NCBI GenBank assembly: GCA_019058365.1
Contig: JAHPZE010000002.1
Span: 128,001 to 192,000, forward strand
Source of the DNA: Promethearchaeota archaeon
GTDB taxonomy: Archaea > Asgardarchaeota > Lokiarchaeia > Sigyniarchaeales > SOKP01
DNA length: 64,000 nucleotides
Direction of reading: 5' to 3'
In this document: positions 50,604-60,978 of the stretch, piece by piece
Layout of the letters: the number at the start of each line of letters is the position of its first letter
How positions within the stretch are numbered: position 1 is the first letter of the stretch
The notes under the pieces: model-generated
Told to the model about the DNA's origin: nothing
The model's database searches: none
The model's input: only the letters and a program-made list of their open reading frames with translations
Position numbers and translations under genes: made by a program

Positions 50604-50615
50604 TGAACATGTTCA
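50604..50615. promoter_or_regulatory. Palindrome TGAACATGTTCA, candidate operator
   Basis: Perfect 12-bp palindrome in the divergent cooS/PAS intergenic region. Confidence 0.55.
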
Positions 50616-50679
50616 TTTAAAAGAGATAAAATGCTAAACTAAATTACATCAAATTATACATTATAATAGTGAAGAAGAA

Positions 50680-51066
50680 TTGCTAGAAAACTTACCAATT
50701 GAGTTAATAGAATTAATTATTGATACTTTACCTCTTGAAATGTCTTTTATTGACGCAGAGGATAAGGTAAAATACTATAGCAAAGGAGATAAAAGAATTT
50801 TTAAACGAACTCCCGCGGTAATAGGCAAAAAAGTTCAAAATTGTCATCCACCTAAAAGCCTTGATAAGGTAAATGAGATATTGAAAACATTTAAAGAAAA
50901 TACAAGAGATTTTGCTGAGTTTTGGATTCCTTTAGGTGATTTATTCTTATATATTCGTTATTTTCCTGTAAGAGATAAAGAAGGAAATTACTTAGGAACA
51001 CTGGAAGTAACTCAAGAAATTAGTAGAATACAAACTCTAAAAGGAGAAAAAAGGTTACTTGGTTAA
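50680..51066 (+). CDS. Stand-alone PAS domain protein (PAS_10/DUF438-associated type)
   Basis: LPLEMSFIDAED.V.YYS, RIFKRTP.VIG..VQNCHPPKS, YIRYF.VRD..G.YLG.LEVTQ. Confidence 0.88.
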   Translation: MLENLPIELIELIIDTLPLEMSFIDAEDKVKYYSKGDKRIFKRTPAVIGKKVQNCHPPKSLDKVNEILKTFKENTRDFAEFWIPLGDLFLYIRYFPVRDKEGNYLGTLEVTQEISRIQTLKGEKRLLG

Positions 51067-51262
51067 AATTTTAATTATTTCTTTTTTTTTCTTACTTCTT
51101 AATTTTAAGGGCTTTTAACCTTTATTTTTTGAAATTGCTAACAATAAAAGAGTATTTAGGTTATTTTATAATTATAATATCGTAAATATACATAGAGATT
51201 ATCCTTAAAGATTACATTATATAATAATAACGTTAAAATAAGATGAAAAAACTAATTATTCT

Positions 51263-52615
51263 ATGAAAGTTGTAATAATAGGAAACAATGTAGCAGGGAC
51301 TTTTACAGCTCAAAATCTAAGATCTCTCAATGAAGATATTGAAATCGAAATCTTTACCCAAGAAAAGTATCCTTACTATACAAGGGTTAAACTACCAGAA
51401 TTAATATCCGAGAAGGTAGCTATTGATGATTTAATTATATTTAAAGAAGATTGGTATAATACTAAGCGAATCAACTTACACTTGAATAAAAAAGTAAAAA
51501 AAATTGATCCCAGTAATAAAATGATATATATTAAGGATGAGTTTAACCCTATTGTTTACGATAAACTTGTTTTAGCACTTGGAAGTATGCCTAATATTCC
51601 TCCTTTTAAGAATGCAGTTGATATGAGAGATCAAAAGAAGGGAGTATTCACATTACGAAGCATTGATGATGCTTTAGAAATACGAGATTTTATAAAAAAA
51701 TCCGCAGTTGAAAAAGCAATAATTATTGGCGGGGGTCTATTAGGCTTAGAATTAGCTAATCAAATTAAAGCGTGTAATTTGGAAACTACTGTAGTAGAAT
51801 TCTTTCCCCGATTATTACCAAGACAATTAGATGAAGAATGCGCTGTTATGTTAAAAGAAGAAATCGAGAGTCGAGGAATTAATGTAGTCTTAGATGCAGT
51901 TACCGAAGAAATTTTAGGAAATGGTAGAGTCGAAGGGATTAAATTAAAAGATGGACGAAAATTTGATACCGATATTGTTTTGATTCAAGCAGGTATTAAT
52001 CCAACGATAGATTTAGCTAAGGAAGCAAATATCCAAACAAATAGAGGAATAATCGTTAATGAATTTTTAGAAACCAGTGAAAAAGATATCTATGCTGTTG
52101 GAGATTGTATAGAATATAAAAATCAAATATGGGGTATTATTCCAGCGTGTATGGAACAATCAAAAATAGTCGCAGCTTCCTTGCTTGGGATAAAAAACGT
52201 TGATTATGAAGGAACTACGCCTAAAAATACGCTTAAAATTGTAGGATTAGAACTAACATCAATAGGAATTATAGATCCTACTAAAGAAGAAGGCCCTGCC
52301 TGGGATATCTTAAAAAAGGCCGATAAAAAGGATTGTTGTTATCAGAAGATAGTGTTAAAAGGGAATAAGTTAAAAGGAGCCATATTATTTGGTGAAAATA
52401 AAGCAATGTCTTATGTGTATAACAAGATGGAAGAAGATGTTGATAGAGATGAGTTAAAAAAATTATTAGAATTATATTCTTATGTATGTAATAATTGTGG
52501 AATGGAATATGATGAGGCCAAAACGGGTATTCTCTTTAATGATCTACCATCTGATTGGAAATGTCCAAATTGTAAAGGCTCTAAAAAAGATTTTAAAAAA
52601 AAAAGTAATTCTTAA
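51263..52615 (+). CDS. NAD(P)H:rubredoxin oxidoreductase-like flavoprotein with a C-terminal rubredoxin
   Basis: [23 protein letters not shown]; tail CNNCG..YD...[10 protein letters not shown]. Confidence 0.9.
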   Translation: MKVVIIGNNVAGTFTAQNLRSLNEDIEIEIFTQEKYPYYTRVKLPELISEKVAIDDLIIFKEDWYNTKRINLHLNKKVKKIDPSNKMIYIKDEFNPIVYDKLVLALGSMPNIPPFKNAVDMRDQKKGVFTLRSIDDALEIRDFIKKSAVEKAIIIGGGLLGLELANQIKACNLETTVVEFFPRLLPRQLDEECAVMLKEEIESRGINVVLDAVTEEILGNGRVEGIKLKDGRKFDTDIVLIQAGINPTIDLAKEANIQTNRGIIVNEFLETSEKDIYAVGDCIEYKNQIWGIIPACMEQSKIVAASLLGIKNVDYEGTTPKNTLKIVGLELTSIGIIDPTKEEGPAWDILKKADKKDCCYQKIVLKGNKLKGAILFGENKAMSYVYNKMEEDVDRDELKKLLELYSYVCNNCGMEYDEAKTGILFNDLPSDWKCPNCKGSKKDFKKKSNS

Positions 52616-52641
52616 TTGTATTTATAATGAGGTGAAAATCA

Positions 52642-52791
52642 ATTTCTCTTTACCGGTGTAAAAGATGTAATTATATTTATGATAATGATGAAGAAGATAA
52701 ACCTTTCGAAGAATTAGATGAAAATGAATTTAGATGTCCAAAGTGTAAATCTTCAAAAAAATTTTTTGTGAGAAAAGAGATGCCTAAATAA
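52642..52791 (+). CDS. Rubredoxin-like protein (49 aa), apparent ATT start
   Basis: Manual: (I/M)SLYRCKRCNYIYDNDEEDKPFEELDENEFRCPKCKSSKKFFVRKEMPK; GGTGA at 52631-52635. Confidence 0.8.
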   Translation: MSLYRCKRCNYIYDNDEEDKPFEELDENEFRCPKCKSSKKFFVRKEMPK

Positions 52792-52843
52792 ATTAATGAT
52801 CTTCTTAATTTGATTATATTTTTCTTTATTATATCACAGATAT

Positions 52844-53293
52844 CTATTCTTTTTTCAGTTTCTTAAGTTTTACAATATTATATACTAACGCAATTATGAA
52901 GGCCAATAAAAAGAAAAATATTACCCATCCCCAAGTTAAATCGATTGCGAGAGAGCCAAACAAGAGAGAGTAGCAAGCAGCCCATTCAATAATGATATAA
53001 GGAACGTGTGTACTTAGTTTTGATCGAAAATCAATCTTGAAAACCTGATCAAGCAAAAACTCTACCAGCAAATAAAAAAGGATTAGTATTACATATATAA
53101 TTAATTTCAGAGGTTTTCCAATTACAATATAATTAATCAATATCGCACCGAATGGAAGCATTAAAACAGCAAAAATCACTCCAAATACTTTAACCTCATT
53201 GAATTTGTCATTTGCAGTTAAAATGAATACGCAAATTACACAAGAGAAAAAAATCATGCTTGAAATGATAAATAACCAATCAAATAATTCCAC
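52844..53293 (-). CDS. Membrane protein (about 5 TM)
   Basis: Hydrophobic ORF. Confidence 0.65.
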   Translation of the reverse strand: MELFDWLFIISSMIFFSCVICVFILTANDKFNEVKVFGVIFAVLMLPFGAILINYIVIGKPLKLIIYVILILFYLLVEFLLDQVFKIDFRSKLSTHVPYIIIEWAACYSLLFGSLAIDLTWGWVIFFFLLAFIIALVYNIVKLKKLKKE

Positions 53294-53799
53294 TTATATC
53301 CCGCTACAATCTCTAAATTCTAATTATTATACTCAAATATTGCCATAGTGGTTTAAAAAGTATATCTTTTTTATATTTAAATTCAGACTTACTGGATATA
53401 ATATGTTTATGTGAAATTTTCAATAATCCGAGAAATTAGATACCAAAAGGAACTATAGGTTAAAAGATGTATCAGTTTTATAAGTATAACACTTATGTTC
53501 ATAAAGCATTGAATAGTCGTATTAAGCTTACTCCAACTGATATTGCTAAAATTACCTTAGTTGGACCCCAATTAGAACATTTCTATAGAATGGGTATCTC
53601 AAATAATGAATTATTGTTCAGATTAGGACCCGTATACAATAACATTGAATTTATTAAGTTCTATAAATATCCATAGATTAAAAAACCATTTAGAATAGTC
53701 TTATATTTATAAATTATTAAATTAATATTTTTTATATACATTCAATTACAATCCTTAAAATCAAAAGTAACGACTTAAAATTAATAAAAAGTGGTTAAA

Positions 53800-53937
53800 A
53801 TGGGAAAATGGGAATGTCAAGCATGCGGATATGTTTATGATGAAGAAGCTGAGGGAACTAAATTTGAAGATTTACCTGATGACTGGACTTGCCCTGTTTG
53901 TGGTGTTGGGAAGGATATGTTCGAAAAAATCGAATAA
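53800..53937 (+). CDS. Rubredoxin (45 aa)
   Basis: Manual: [45 protein letters not shown]. Confidence 0.95.
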   Translation: MGKWECQACGYVYDEEAEGTKFEDLPDDWTCPVCGVGKDMFEKIE

Positions 53938-54084
53938 TGAATAAAATATTACTTATTTTTTAATTTTTTTTTATTGTCTAATTTCTGAAAATTTTTATAA
54001 TAAATAGGATATAAGTTTTTAATTTGATTTGAATTAATAATACGAAATAATAATCAAATCCTATTATAAAAAGGTGAAATTGAA

Positions 54085-55290
54085 ATTACTCATTTAGAAT
54101 TAATGAAAGATATCTATTATGTTGGTTATGTAGATTGGGAAGTAAGGAATTTTCATGGATATTCTACTAACCGAGGTAGTAGCTATAATTCATATATAGT
54201 TAAAGGAGAGAAAACTGTACTGATTGATACTGTTAAACGTCCTTATTTTGATTACTTTTTGAAGAACATTAAGGATGTATGCGATCCTTCCGAAATCGAT
54301 TATTTCATTACGAATCATGTTGAGATGGATCATTCTGGGTCATTTCCATTAATTCTCAAATATATTCCTAATGCTGAATTAATTGCTTCAAAAAGAGCGG
54401 TTGATATATTAAAAGCTCATTTTCATGAGGAAGTTGATGAAAATTTATTTAATAAAATTAGAACCGTCGAGGAAGGGGATACTTTAGATATTGGAAATGG
54501 TAAAAAATTTACATTTGTGCCTATTCCAATGATTCATTGGCCCGATTCTATGGTTTCTTTTATGACTGACGAGAATGGGAAAAATATATTATTTTCTAAT
54601 GATGCTTTTGGACAACATTATGCAACATCTAAACGTTGGGATGATGAAAATGATCTTGCTGAAGTATTTCAAGAAGCAGAAAAATATTATGCGAACATCT
54701 TACTTCATCTTTCTGGGTTAATAACAAAGACATTACCTAAGGTTGGAGCATTACCAATCGAAATTATATGTCCTTCTCATGGGATTTGCTGGAGAAATCA
54801 TATTCCTGAAATCTTAGAGAAATATACTAAGTGGAGTAAAGGAGAAATTGATGAAAAAAGTGTTCTTATCGTATATGATACAATGTGGGAAAGCACCGCA
54901 AAAATCGCAAAAGCTTTAACCAATGAAATTAAGCATCGAGGTATTCCAGTAAAACGGTATAGACTAACTAATGTCAACTATTCAGATGTGATAACAGAAG
55001 CTATGAAAGCAAAAGCTATCTTAGTTGGGAGCCCTACTCTAAATAATGGATTATTTCCAACTGTTGCTGAATACTTATCTTATCAAAAGGGTTTAAAGCC
55101 TTTGAATAAGGTTGGATTAGCTTTTGGCTCATTTGGTTGGGGCGGAGGTGCTGTAAAAGAAATCGTGGAATTGATGAAGGTTGCTAAAATTGATGTAATG
55201 GAAGACACAATAGAAATTAAGTTTGTTCCAAGACCAGAAGATTTAGATTTTAAGGAAATTGTAGACAAATTAATTAAAAAAATGGCGTAA
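54085..55290 (+). CDS. fprA: Flavodiiron protein (A-type flavoprotein, O2/NO reductase)
   Basis: GSSYNSY, NHVEMDHSG, HWPDSM, SNDAFGQH, PSHG, flavodoxin domain; start either ATG 54103 or ATT 54085. Confidence 0.95.
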   Translation: MTHLELMKDIYYVGYVDWEVRNFHGYSTNRGSSYNSYIVKGEKTVLIDTVKRPYFDYFLKNIKDVCDPSEIDYFITNHVEMDHSGSFPLILKYIPNAELIASKRAVDILKAHFHEEVDENLFNKIRTVEEGDTLDIGNGKKFTFVPIPMIHWPDSMVSFMTDENGKNILFSNDAFGQHYATSKRWDDENDLAEVFQEAEKYYANILLHLSGLITKTLPKVGALPIEIICPSHGICWRNHIPEILEKYTKWSKGEIDEKSVLIVYDTMWESTAKIAKALTNEIKHRGIPVKRYRLTNVNYSDVITEAMKAKAILVGSPTLNNGLFPTVAEYLSYQKGLKPLNKVGLAFGSFGWGGGAVKEIVELMKVAKIDVMEDTIEIKFVPRPEDLDFKEIVDKLIKKMA

Positions 55291-55304
55291 AAGAGGAAAA
55301 AAAA

Positions 55305-56483
55305 ATGGATTTTATGCTAACTGAAGAACTAAAAGCTCTACAAAAAAAGGCGAGAGAGTTTGCCATTCGTGAAGTTTTACCAGTTTCAGGAAAATATGAT
55401 GAATCTGAAGAATTTCCTTTACCCGTTATTAAAAAAGCTTGGGAACAAGGATTATTAAACTTAGGAATCCCTAAGAAATATGGAGGCTTAGGTTATGGTT
55501 TATTAAGTTCCTGTATTGTTGTCGAAGAAATATCATCTGCATGTCCAGGAATTGCAACTTCAATCTTTGATAATAACCTTGGTGCTGAACCAATTCTTAT
55601 TGGTGGTAACGAAGAACAAAAGCAAAGAATTTTGAGTGAATTAGTCAATACCTTCAAATTGATTGCTTTTGCAACCTCTGAACCAATGATGGGTTCTGAT
55701 GTCGCTGGAATGAAATGTAAAGCAGAAAAAGATGGAGACGAATATATTTTAAATGGAAATAAGTTTTGGATTACTAATGGAGGATATGCTGATTATATTA
55801 CTGTATTTGCTACGATAGATCCTGAGCAAAAGCATAAAGGGATAGCAGCATTTATTGTAGATACAAAAAGCGAAGGAGTTAAATTAGGCAAGCATATCCC
55901 TAAATTAGGTCAAAGATCATCAAATACAGTATCAGTTGGTTTAAAAGATGTGAGGATACCTAAAGAAAATGTTCTAGCCAAGCCTGGAAGAGGGTTTGTT
56001 TTAGCTATGCAAACATTTGCTCATACTCGTCCCGCCATTGGTGCATTTGCAATTGGATGTGCTCGTTCTGCAATGGAATATTCTATTGATTATGCTCAAA
56101 AAAGAGAAGCTTTTGGAAGGCTAATTGGAAATTATCAAGTAATTCAAGAAAAGATAGCTAACATGTATAAAGATATTGAAGCTGCACGTTTATTAACATA
56201 TAAAGCCGCTTGGGAAGCTGATCAAGGAATGGACAATAATTTAAGTTCTTCTGTTGCCAAAGCTTTCGCCTCAGACGTTGCTATGAATGTAACAACAGAA
56301 GCAATTCAAATTTTTGGAGGTTATGGTTACTTGAGAACATACCCTGTTGAAAAATTATTTAGAGATGCAAAATTATACCAAATCTATGAAGGTACCAGTG
56401 AGATTCAGAGAATTGTTATCTCGCGTTTTGTAATGAAAGGATACGAACACGCAATGCCTTTTCTCGGCAAAAAGAGAAACTAA
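55305..56483 (+). CDS. Acyl-CoA dehydrogenase
   Basis: SEP..GSD, LNGNKFWITNG, R.AFG..I...Q, QIFGGYGY, IYEGTSEIQR. Confidence 0.94.
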   Translation: MDFMLTEELKALQKKAREFAIREVLPVSGKYDESEEFPLPVIKKAWEQGLLNLGIPKKYGGLGYGLLSSCIVVEEISSACPGIATSIFDNNLGAEPILIGGNEEQKQRILSELVNTFKLIAFATSEPMMGSDVAGMKCKAEKDGDEYILNGNKFWITNGGYADYITVFATIDPEQKHKGIAAFIVDTKSEGVKLGKHIPKLGQRSSNTVSVGLKDVRIPKENVLAKPGRGFVLAMQTFAHTRPAIGAFAIGCARSAMEYSIDYAQKREAFGRLIGNYQVIQEKIANMYKDIEAARLLTYKAAWEADQGMDNNLSSSVAKAFASDVAMNVTTEAIQIFGGYGYLRTYPVEKLFRDAKLYQIYEGTSEIQRIVISRFVMKGYEHAMPFLGKKRN

Positions 56484-56518
56484 AAGTAACTATTAAAAAT
56501 TTATATTTTTTTTCTTAA

Positions 56519-57067
56519 TTAAAATGACTTTAAAATTTCTTCTGTAGCTCCTATAAAGTTATCACATATTATAGTTGGTTTTATTCCAAGAGCTTCTAAT
56601 TCATCTAAGTGTTTATCACCATGTCCAGTTATAAGAAAAATTGTTTTACAACCCGCATTTATCCCAAATTGTATATCTGAAGGGTGATCACCAATCATCC
56701 ACGAATTATTAATATCAACGTTAAATTCATTGATGATTTCCTCAATAAATTTAATCTTTGGTTTCCTGCATTCACAATTATCCTCTCTTAAATGAGGACA
56801 AAAATAAGTTTTAAGAATGTTAATTTTTTCCTTTTTCAATATCTTTAATAAATGATTATTAAAATTATGAAAATCTTGAATAGTATAATAACCTCTTCCT
56901 ATACCTGATTGATTGGTTACAATAAAAAAGAGAAAATAATTTCTGAGTAATTTTAAACCTTCAATTACTCCAGGCAATAATTCAAAATCTTCGATTTTAT
57001 AAGTGTAATTCTTATCCTCAATTAATGTGCCATCTCTATCCAAAATAATAGCTTTGTTTTTTACCAA
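56519..57067 (-). CDS. HAD phosphatase, GmhB/HisB-N family
   Basis: LDRDGTL, TNQSGI, CPH...C.CRKP, MIGD..SDI. Confidence 0.9.
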   Translation of the reverse strand: MVKNKAIILDRDGTLIEDKNYTYKIEDFELLPGVIEGLKLLRNYFLFFIVTNQSGIGRGYYTIQDFHNFNNHLLKILKKEKINILKTYFCPHLREDNCECRKPKIKFIEEIINEFNVDINNSWMIGDHPSDIQFGINAGCKTIFLITGHGDKHLDELEALGIKPTIICDNFIGATEEILKSF

Positions 57068-57278
57068 CTTTTATTACCTCAATTAAATTTTAAAATTAAA
57101 AAAGTTATCCATAAAAAAAGAAAGTAATTACAGCAAGATAACCAATTCCTATTAGAATATGAAATAAAATATAATGATTTAATTGATTTGATATGTACAA
57201 TTGTGTTTCTGATGCTTAAAACTTCATGGTTAAAAAATAAATAAAAATTAAAAAAAAGTTATTTAGTTAATTTAAAAT

Positions 57279-57665
57279 TTAACTTTTCCATAAAAAGTGT
57301 ATATTACAATATTCTCGAGCCCAGAAACCTTCCGGTTTAGCAACAGTAAAAGTTGCTTTTGGTTCCATGCCAGGTTTCAAGAATCTTCTTTCGTAGCATC
57401 CATCTTTACAAATTATTTCAATCCACATTATATAGTGCTCGTCAGTCATAGGATGAGGAGTTCCCATTGAGATACCTACATCAACAGTTACCTTATTACC
57501 CTCAATCGTGATTTTAGGAACGTGCTTCTCTGTTTTCCAGTCTTTAGTTTGTTCCTCCATTAACATCATTGGTTTTCCACAGCAGATAGTCTCGGGAGAA
57601 GCGGGGTGTAAAATCTCGATTACTTTTCCGCATATAGAGCATCTATAGATTTCTTTTTGTTTCAT
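57279..57665 (-). CDS. dfx: Desulfoferrodoxin (2Fe superoxide reductase)
   Basis: True start ATG 57665 (MKQKEIYRCSICG...CCGKPM); EKHVP, HPM..EH.I.WI, CNIH. Confidence 0.93.
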   Translation of the reverse strand: MKQKEIYRCSICGKVIEILHPASPETICCGKPMMLMEEQTKDWKTEKHVPKITIEGNKVTVDVGISMGTPHPMTDEHYIMWIEIICKDGCYERRFLKPGMEPKATFTVAKPEGFWAREYCNIHFLWKS

Positions 57666-57756
57666 TTTTCTTCTCACTTTTAATCTTTTGTTTGTTAAAT
57701 CATTTAATTTAATATTTAATGATTTTGATTTTAAATTAAAACTTGATTTAATTTTT

Positions 57757-58347
57757 TTAGAAATCTTCACATTTCTTTCTATAGTACTCTCGAGGATGGT
57801 CACAAGATGGACATTTAAAGTTTTTAGGTAATTCATCCATTTCAACTTCATAACCACACTCCATGCATACCCAGACGACTTTTTTACCACGTTTGAAGAA
57901 AGCATCATCACCAACTAACTTTAAGAGTTTTCCATATCTCTCGGAATGGTGTTTTTCAGCCTTTATAATTGCACTGACTCTTTTGGCAACGTCAGAATAT
58001 CCTTCTTTTTCAGCTGTCTTAACAATATCAGGGTAAAGTGTTTGCCATTCCATATTTTCTCCGGCTATTGCGGATTTCAGATTTTCAATCGTAGTCCCAA
58101 GCGTAGTTGGGAATTCTGCATCAGGGATCACTTTCATTTCATCAAATTTTTCTTCCTTCTTAAATTGTTGGAGCATTTTATAAAACCAACTACCATGTTC
58201 TTTTTCTTGATCTGATGTTTCATCAAAAACTTTTGATATCAACACAAATCCTTCTTTTTTCGCGACTTTAGAAAAATAGTTGTATCTATTACGGGCTTGA
58301 GATTCTCCCACATATGCGGTATATAATTTTTTAGCAGTTTCTTTCAT
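57757..58347 (-). CDS. rbr: Rubrerythrin
   Basis: GESQARNRY, E..H, E..E, EKHH, C-terminal CMECG...CPSC.HP. Confidence 0.94.
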   Translation of the reverse strand: MKETAKKLYTAYVGESQARNRYNYFSKVAKKEGFVLISKVFDETSDQEKEHGSWFYKMLQQFKKEEKFDEMKVIPDAEFPTTLGTTIENLKSAIAGENMEWQTLYPDIVKTAEKEGYSDVAKRVSAIIKAEKHHSERYGKLLKLVGDDAFFKRGKKVVWVCMECGYEVEMDELPKNFKCPSCDHPREYYRKKCEDF

Positions 58348-58464
58348 AGTTTTTAACCTCCATTTTTAAATTGGAAATTCGTTTTATATGAATATATTTG
58401 GATTTATATTATTTCGCCTATTTTTTAACTTTTTTACTTATAATTTAAAGAAAAAAAAATTATT

Positions 58465-60861
58465 TTAATAATAAGTTTCTGTCATTCTACTTTCTTCCAA
58501 TTCTACGGGAAAACCTTTTCTATGCCATATCATCATACCCCCAGTTAAATTTCTAATATCTTTAAAATCCGCTTGGGCTAGTATTCGCGCTGCCATCATA
58601 GAGCGAGAACCAGAGTGACATATTACAATTATTTCCTCATCCTTATAATCTTTGATAATATCTGGATTATTTAATAACTCTCCTAAAGGAATTGATTTAG
58701 TATTTTTGATATGACCCTGTGGACCAAGATATTCTTGGGGTGTTCGAACATCGATCATAAGAGGAGGTTCTTCTTTAGTGCTAATACGTTCAAAAAGCTC
58801 ATCAGCACTAATATCTGAAACTGGAGGTGTATCAGGAGGTCTTAATTCTTTTCTAGTTTTCTTTTTGACAGGAGCTATAACTTCAATAGGTTGAACCTTT
58901 TCTAATGTAGCAACTAACATCCCCTTTTCTTTTCCAAGATGTAATAACTTTACTGCTTCGTTTAATTTAGAATAAGCCTCAACACTAGATTTAAATCCTA
59001 GATCTGTTGCATATACTTTTAATTTCTTATTTTCCGGTAATGTATCAAGCCCTTTAATTAGTGCATTTAAAGGACCCGGACATGAAAGTCCACAAGCATC
59101 TACTTCTATGTAATCTTCACTTTCAATAGCCTTTTCATGAACGAATTCTTCAATAACATTTTCGGAACCCCCACATGCTGCCATTATTTCTTCTGTTGTC
59201 GCATTTGCCATTTCATAAATTTTAAAACCCCCAGTTAGTTCATACACTTCTTTAAAACCATTTTGTAATAGAATTCTTAATGCCAAATAACTCCGATATC
59301 CTACTTCACAGTAAACATACATTGATTTATCATGAGGAATTTCATCTAGCCGGGTTCTAAGTTCCTCAATTGGAACATTTGTTGAGCCTTCAATGGATCT
59401 AGCAGAAAATTCTTCTTTAGTCCTAACGTCTAATAAAAGAGCTCCATTATTTACATTGCTAATAAAATCATGCCATTGCCAAATAGGCATATCTTCTCTA
59501 AGAAAGTTAGATGCGACAAATCCAGCCATATTTACGGGATCCTTAGCAGAACCGTAAGGAGGGGCGTACGTTAATTCTAGTTCTTCTAAATCAAAAACAG
59601 TGCCATTAAACTTTATTACTGTTGAGATAACATCAATTCTTTTTTCTGTACCTGGACCTCCAACCGCCTGTGCTCCAAGAATTTTCCCATTTGGAACCTC
59701 AAAAATTAATTTTAGGGTTATTGGTACTGCTCCAGGATAATAACCTGCATGATTATTAGGATGAATATAAATTTTGTTGTAATCTAAACTTAGATTTTTT
59801 AATTGTTTTTCAGTTAATCCTACAGAACCAACTGTCAGATCAAAAACTTTAACAACAGATGTTCCTAAAACCCCTTTATATTCTGAATTTCTTCCAGCAA
59901 TATTATCTGCCGCTATTCTTCCCTGTTTATTTGCGGGACCTGCTAATGCAATTGATATTGGTTTTTTAGTTTGAAAATGATCAACTTGAACAATATCACC
60001 AACAGCATAAACACTCGGATTAGAAGTTTGCATTCTATTATTAACAATAACATATCCTTTTTCGGTGACTTCTAAGTCAGCCTCTTTAGCCAGTTTATTT
60101 TCTGGTCTAATACCAATAGATAAAATAACTAAATCTGTTTCTATCATTCGACCACTTTTTGTTTTAACAAAAGGTTCATCGTTATCATTTCTTCCAAAAG
60201 AATCAACAGGATCTGCTAAAACCAAACAAACTCCATTTAAAATTAATTCTTGGTGGATAAATTGCGCTATTTCCTTATCTATTGGTGGCATGACTTGATC
60301 TAACATTTCAACGATTTTAACCCTCACTCCTTTCTTTACTAGGTTTTCTGCCATTTCTAATCCAATGAAACCACCTCCTATAACAACTGCCCTTTTGATA
60401 TTAGATTTTTCAACATAGTCACGTATTTTTACAGCATCTGGAATGGTCCCTACTGTAAAATAAGGAACGCTATCAAGCCCAAGAAATGAAGGTACTATTG
60501 GTTTTGAGCCGGTTGCTAAGATTAAATAGTCATAATCAAGAATAAATTCATTTAAATTTTTTAAATCTTTCACATTAACTTTTTTTTGGTCTTTATCTAT
60601 TGAAATTACCTCATTATTAACTCGAACATCAATATTAAATCTCTCGAGGAATATTTCTGGTGTTACCAATTCTAAAGACTCACGATCTTTTATTATATTT
60701 CCTACATAGTAAGGTAATCCACAATTCGCAAATGATACGTATGGACCTCGGTCTAACATAATTATTTCGAAATCTTCTCTTAATCTTCTTAATCTAGCGG
60801 CAGCAGAAGCACCTCCCGCCACACCCCCAACTATTACTACTCTTTTCATAAAAGTAACCAC
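58465..60861 (-). CDS. CoA-disulfide/persulfide reductase with rhodanese - TusA - rhodanese domains
   Basis: GGVAGG, SFANCGLPY, YAPPYGSAKD; rhodanese CEVGYRS; TusA DACGLSCPGP; rhodanese CHSGSRS. Confidence 0.92.
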   Translation of the reverse strand: MVTFMKRVVIVGGVAGGASAAARLRRLREDFEIIMLDRGPYVSFANCGLPYYVGNIIKDRESLELVTPEIFLERFNIDVRVNNEVISIDKDQKKVNVKDLKNLNEFILDYDYLILATGSKPIVPSFLGLDSVPYFTVGTIPDAVKIRDYVEKSNIKRAVVIGGGFIGLEMAENLVKKGVRVKIVEMLDQVMPPIDKEIAQFIHQELILNGVCLVLADPVDSFGRNDNDEPFVKTKSGRMIETDLVILSIGIRPENKLAKEADLEVTEKGYVIVNNRMQTSNPSVYAVGDIVQVDHFQTKKPISIALAGPANKQGRIAADNIAGRNSEYKGVLGTSVVKVFDLTVGSVGLTEKQLKNLSLDYNKIYIHPNNHAGYYPGAVPITLKLIFEVPNGKILGAQAVGGPGTEKRIDVISTVIKFNGTVFDLEELELTYAPPYGSAKDPVNMAGFVASNFLREDMPIWQWHDFISNVNNGALLLDVRTKEEFSARSIEGSTNVPIEELRTRLDEIPHDKSMYVYCEVGYRSYLALRILLQNGFKEVYELTGGFKIYEMANATTEEIMAACGGSENVIEEFVHEKAIESEDYIEVDACGLSCPGPLNALIKGLDTLPENKKLKVYATDLGFKSSVEAYSKLNEAVKLLHLGKEKGMLVATLEKVQPIEVIAPVKKKTRKELRPPDTPPVSDISADELFERISTKEEPPLMIDVRTPQEYLGPQGHIKNTKSIPLGELLNNPDIIKDYKDEEIIVICHSGSRSMMAARILAQADFKDIRNLTGGMMIWHRKGFPVELEESRMTETYY

Positions 60862-60978
60862 ATTCTTTATTTGTTTAAAACTCCTTTAACTATTTTTATA
60901 AAGCGATTAATTTAAATTTGGCTATTATAAGTTAGAAAAATTAGTATATTATCTAATATTATAAAAAATGATATTAAA

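Noticed and set aside
52627-52641. Selenocysteine read-through (ATG AGG TGA) into the rubredoxin-like ORF
   Set aside because: The TGA is part of the GGTGA ribosome-binding site and not at a Cys-equivalent position; no SECIS identified
53467-53676. 69-aa ORF upstream of rubredoxin
   Set aside because: No motif or clear RBS; could be a remnant, but I cannot support it
57666-57914. 83-aa N-terminal extension of desulfoferrodoxin in the ORF track
   Set aside because: Overlaps rbr in another frame and crosses an AT-rich spacer; the family start is MKQKEIYRC at 57665
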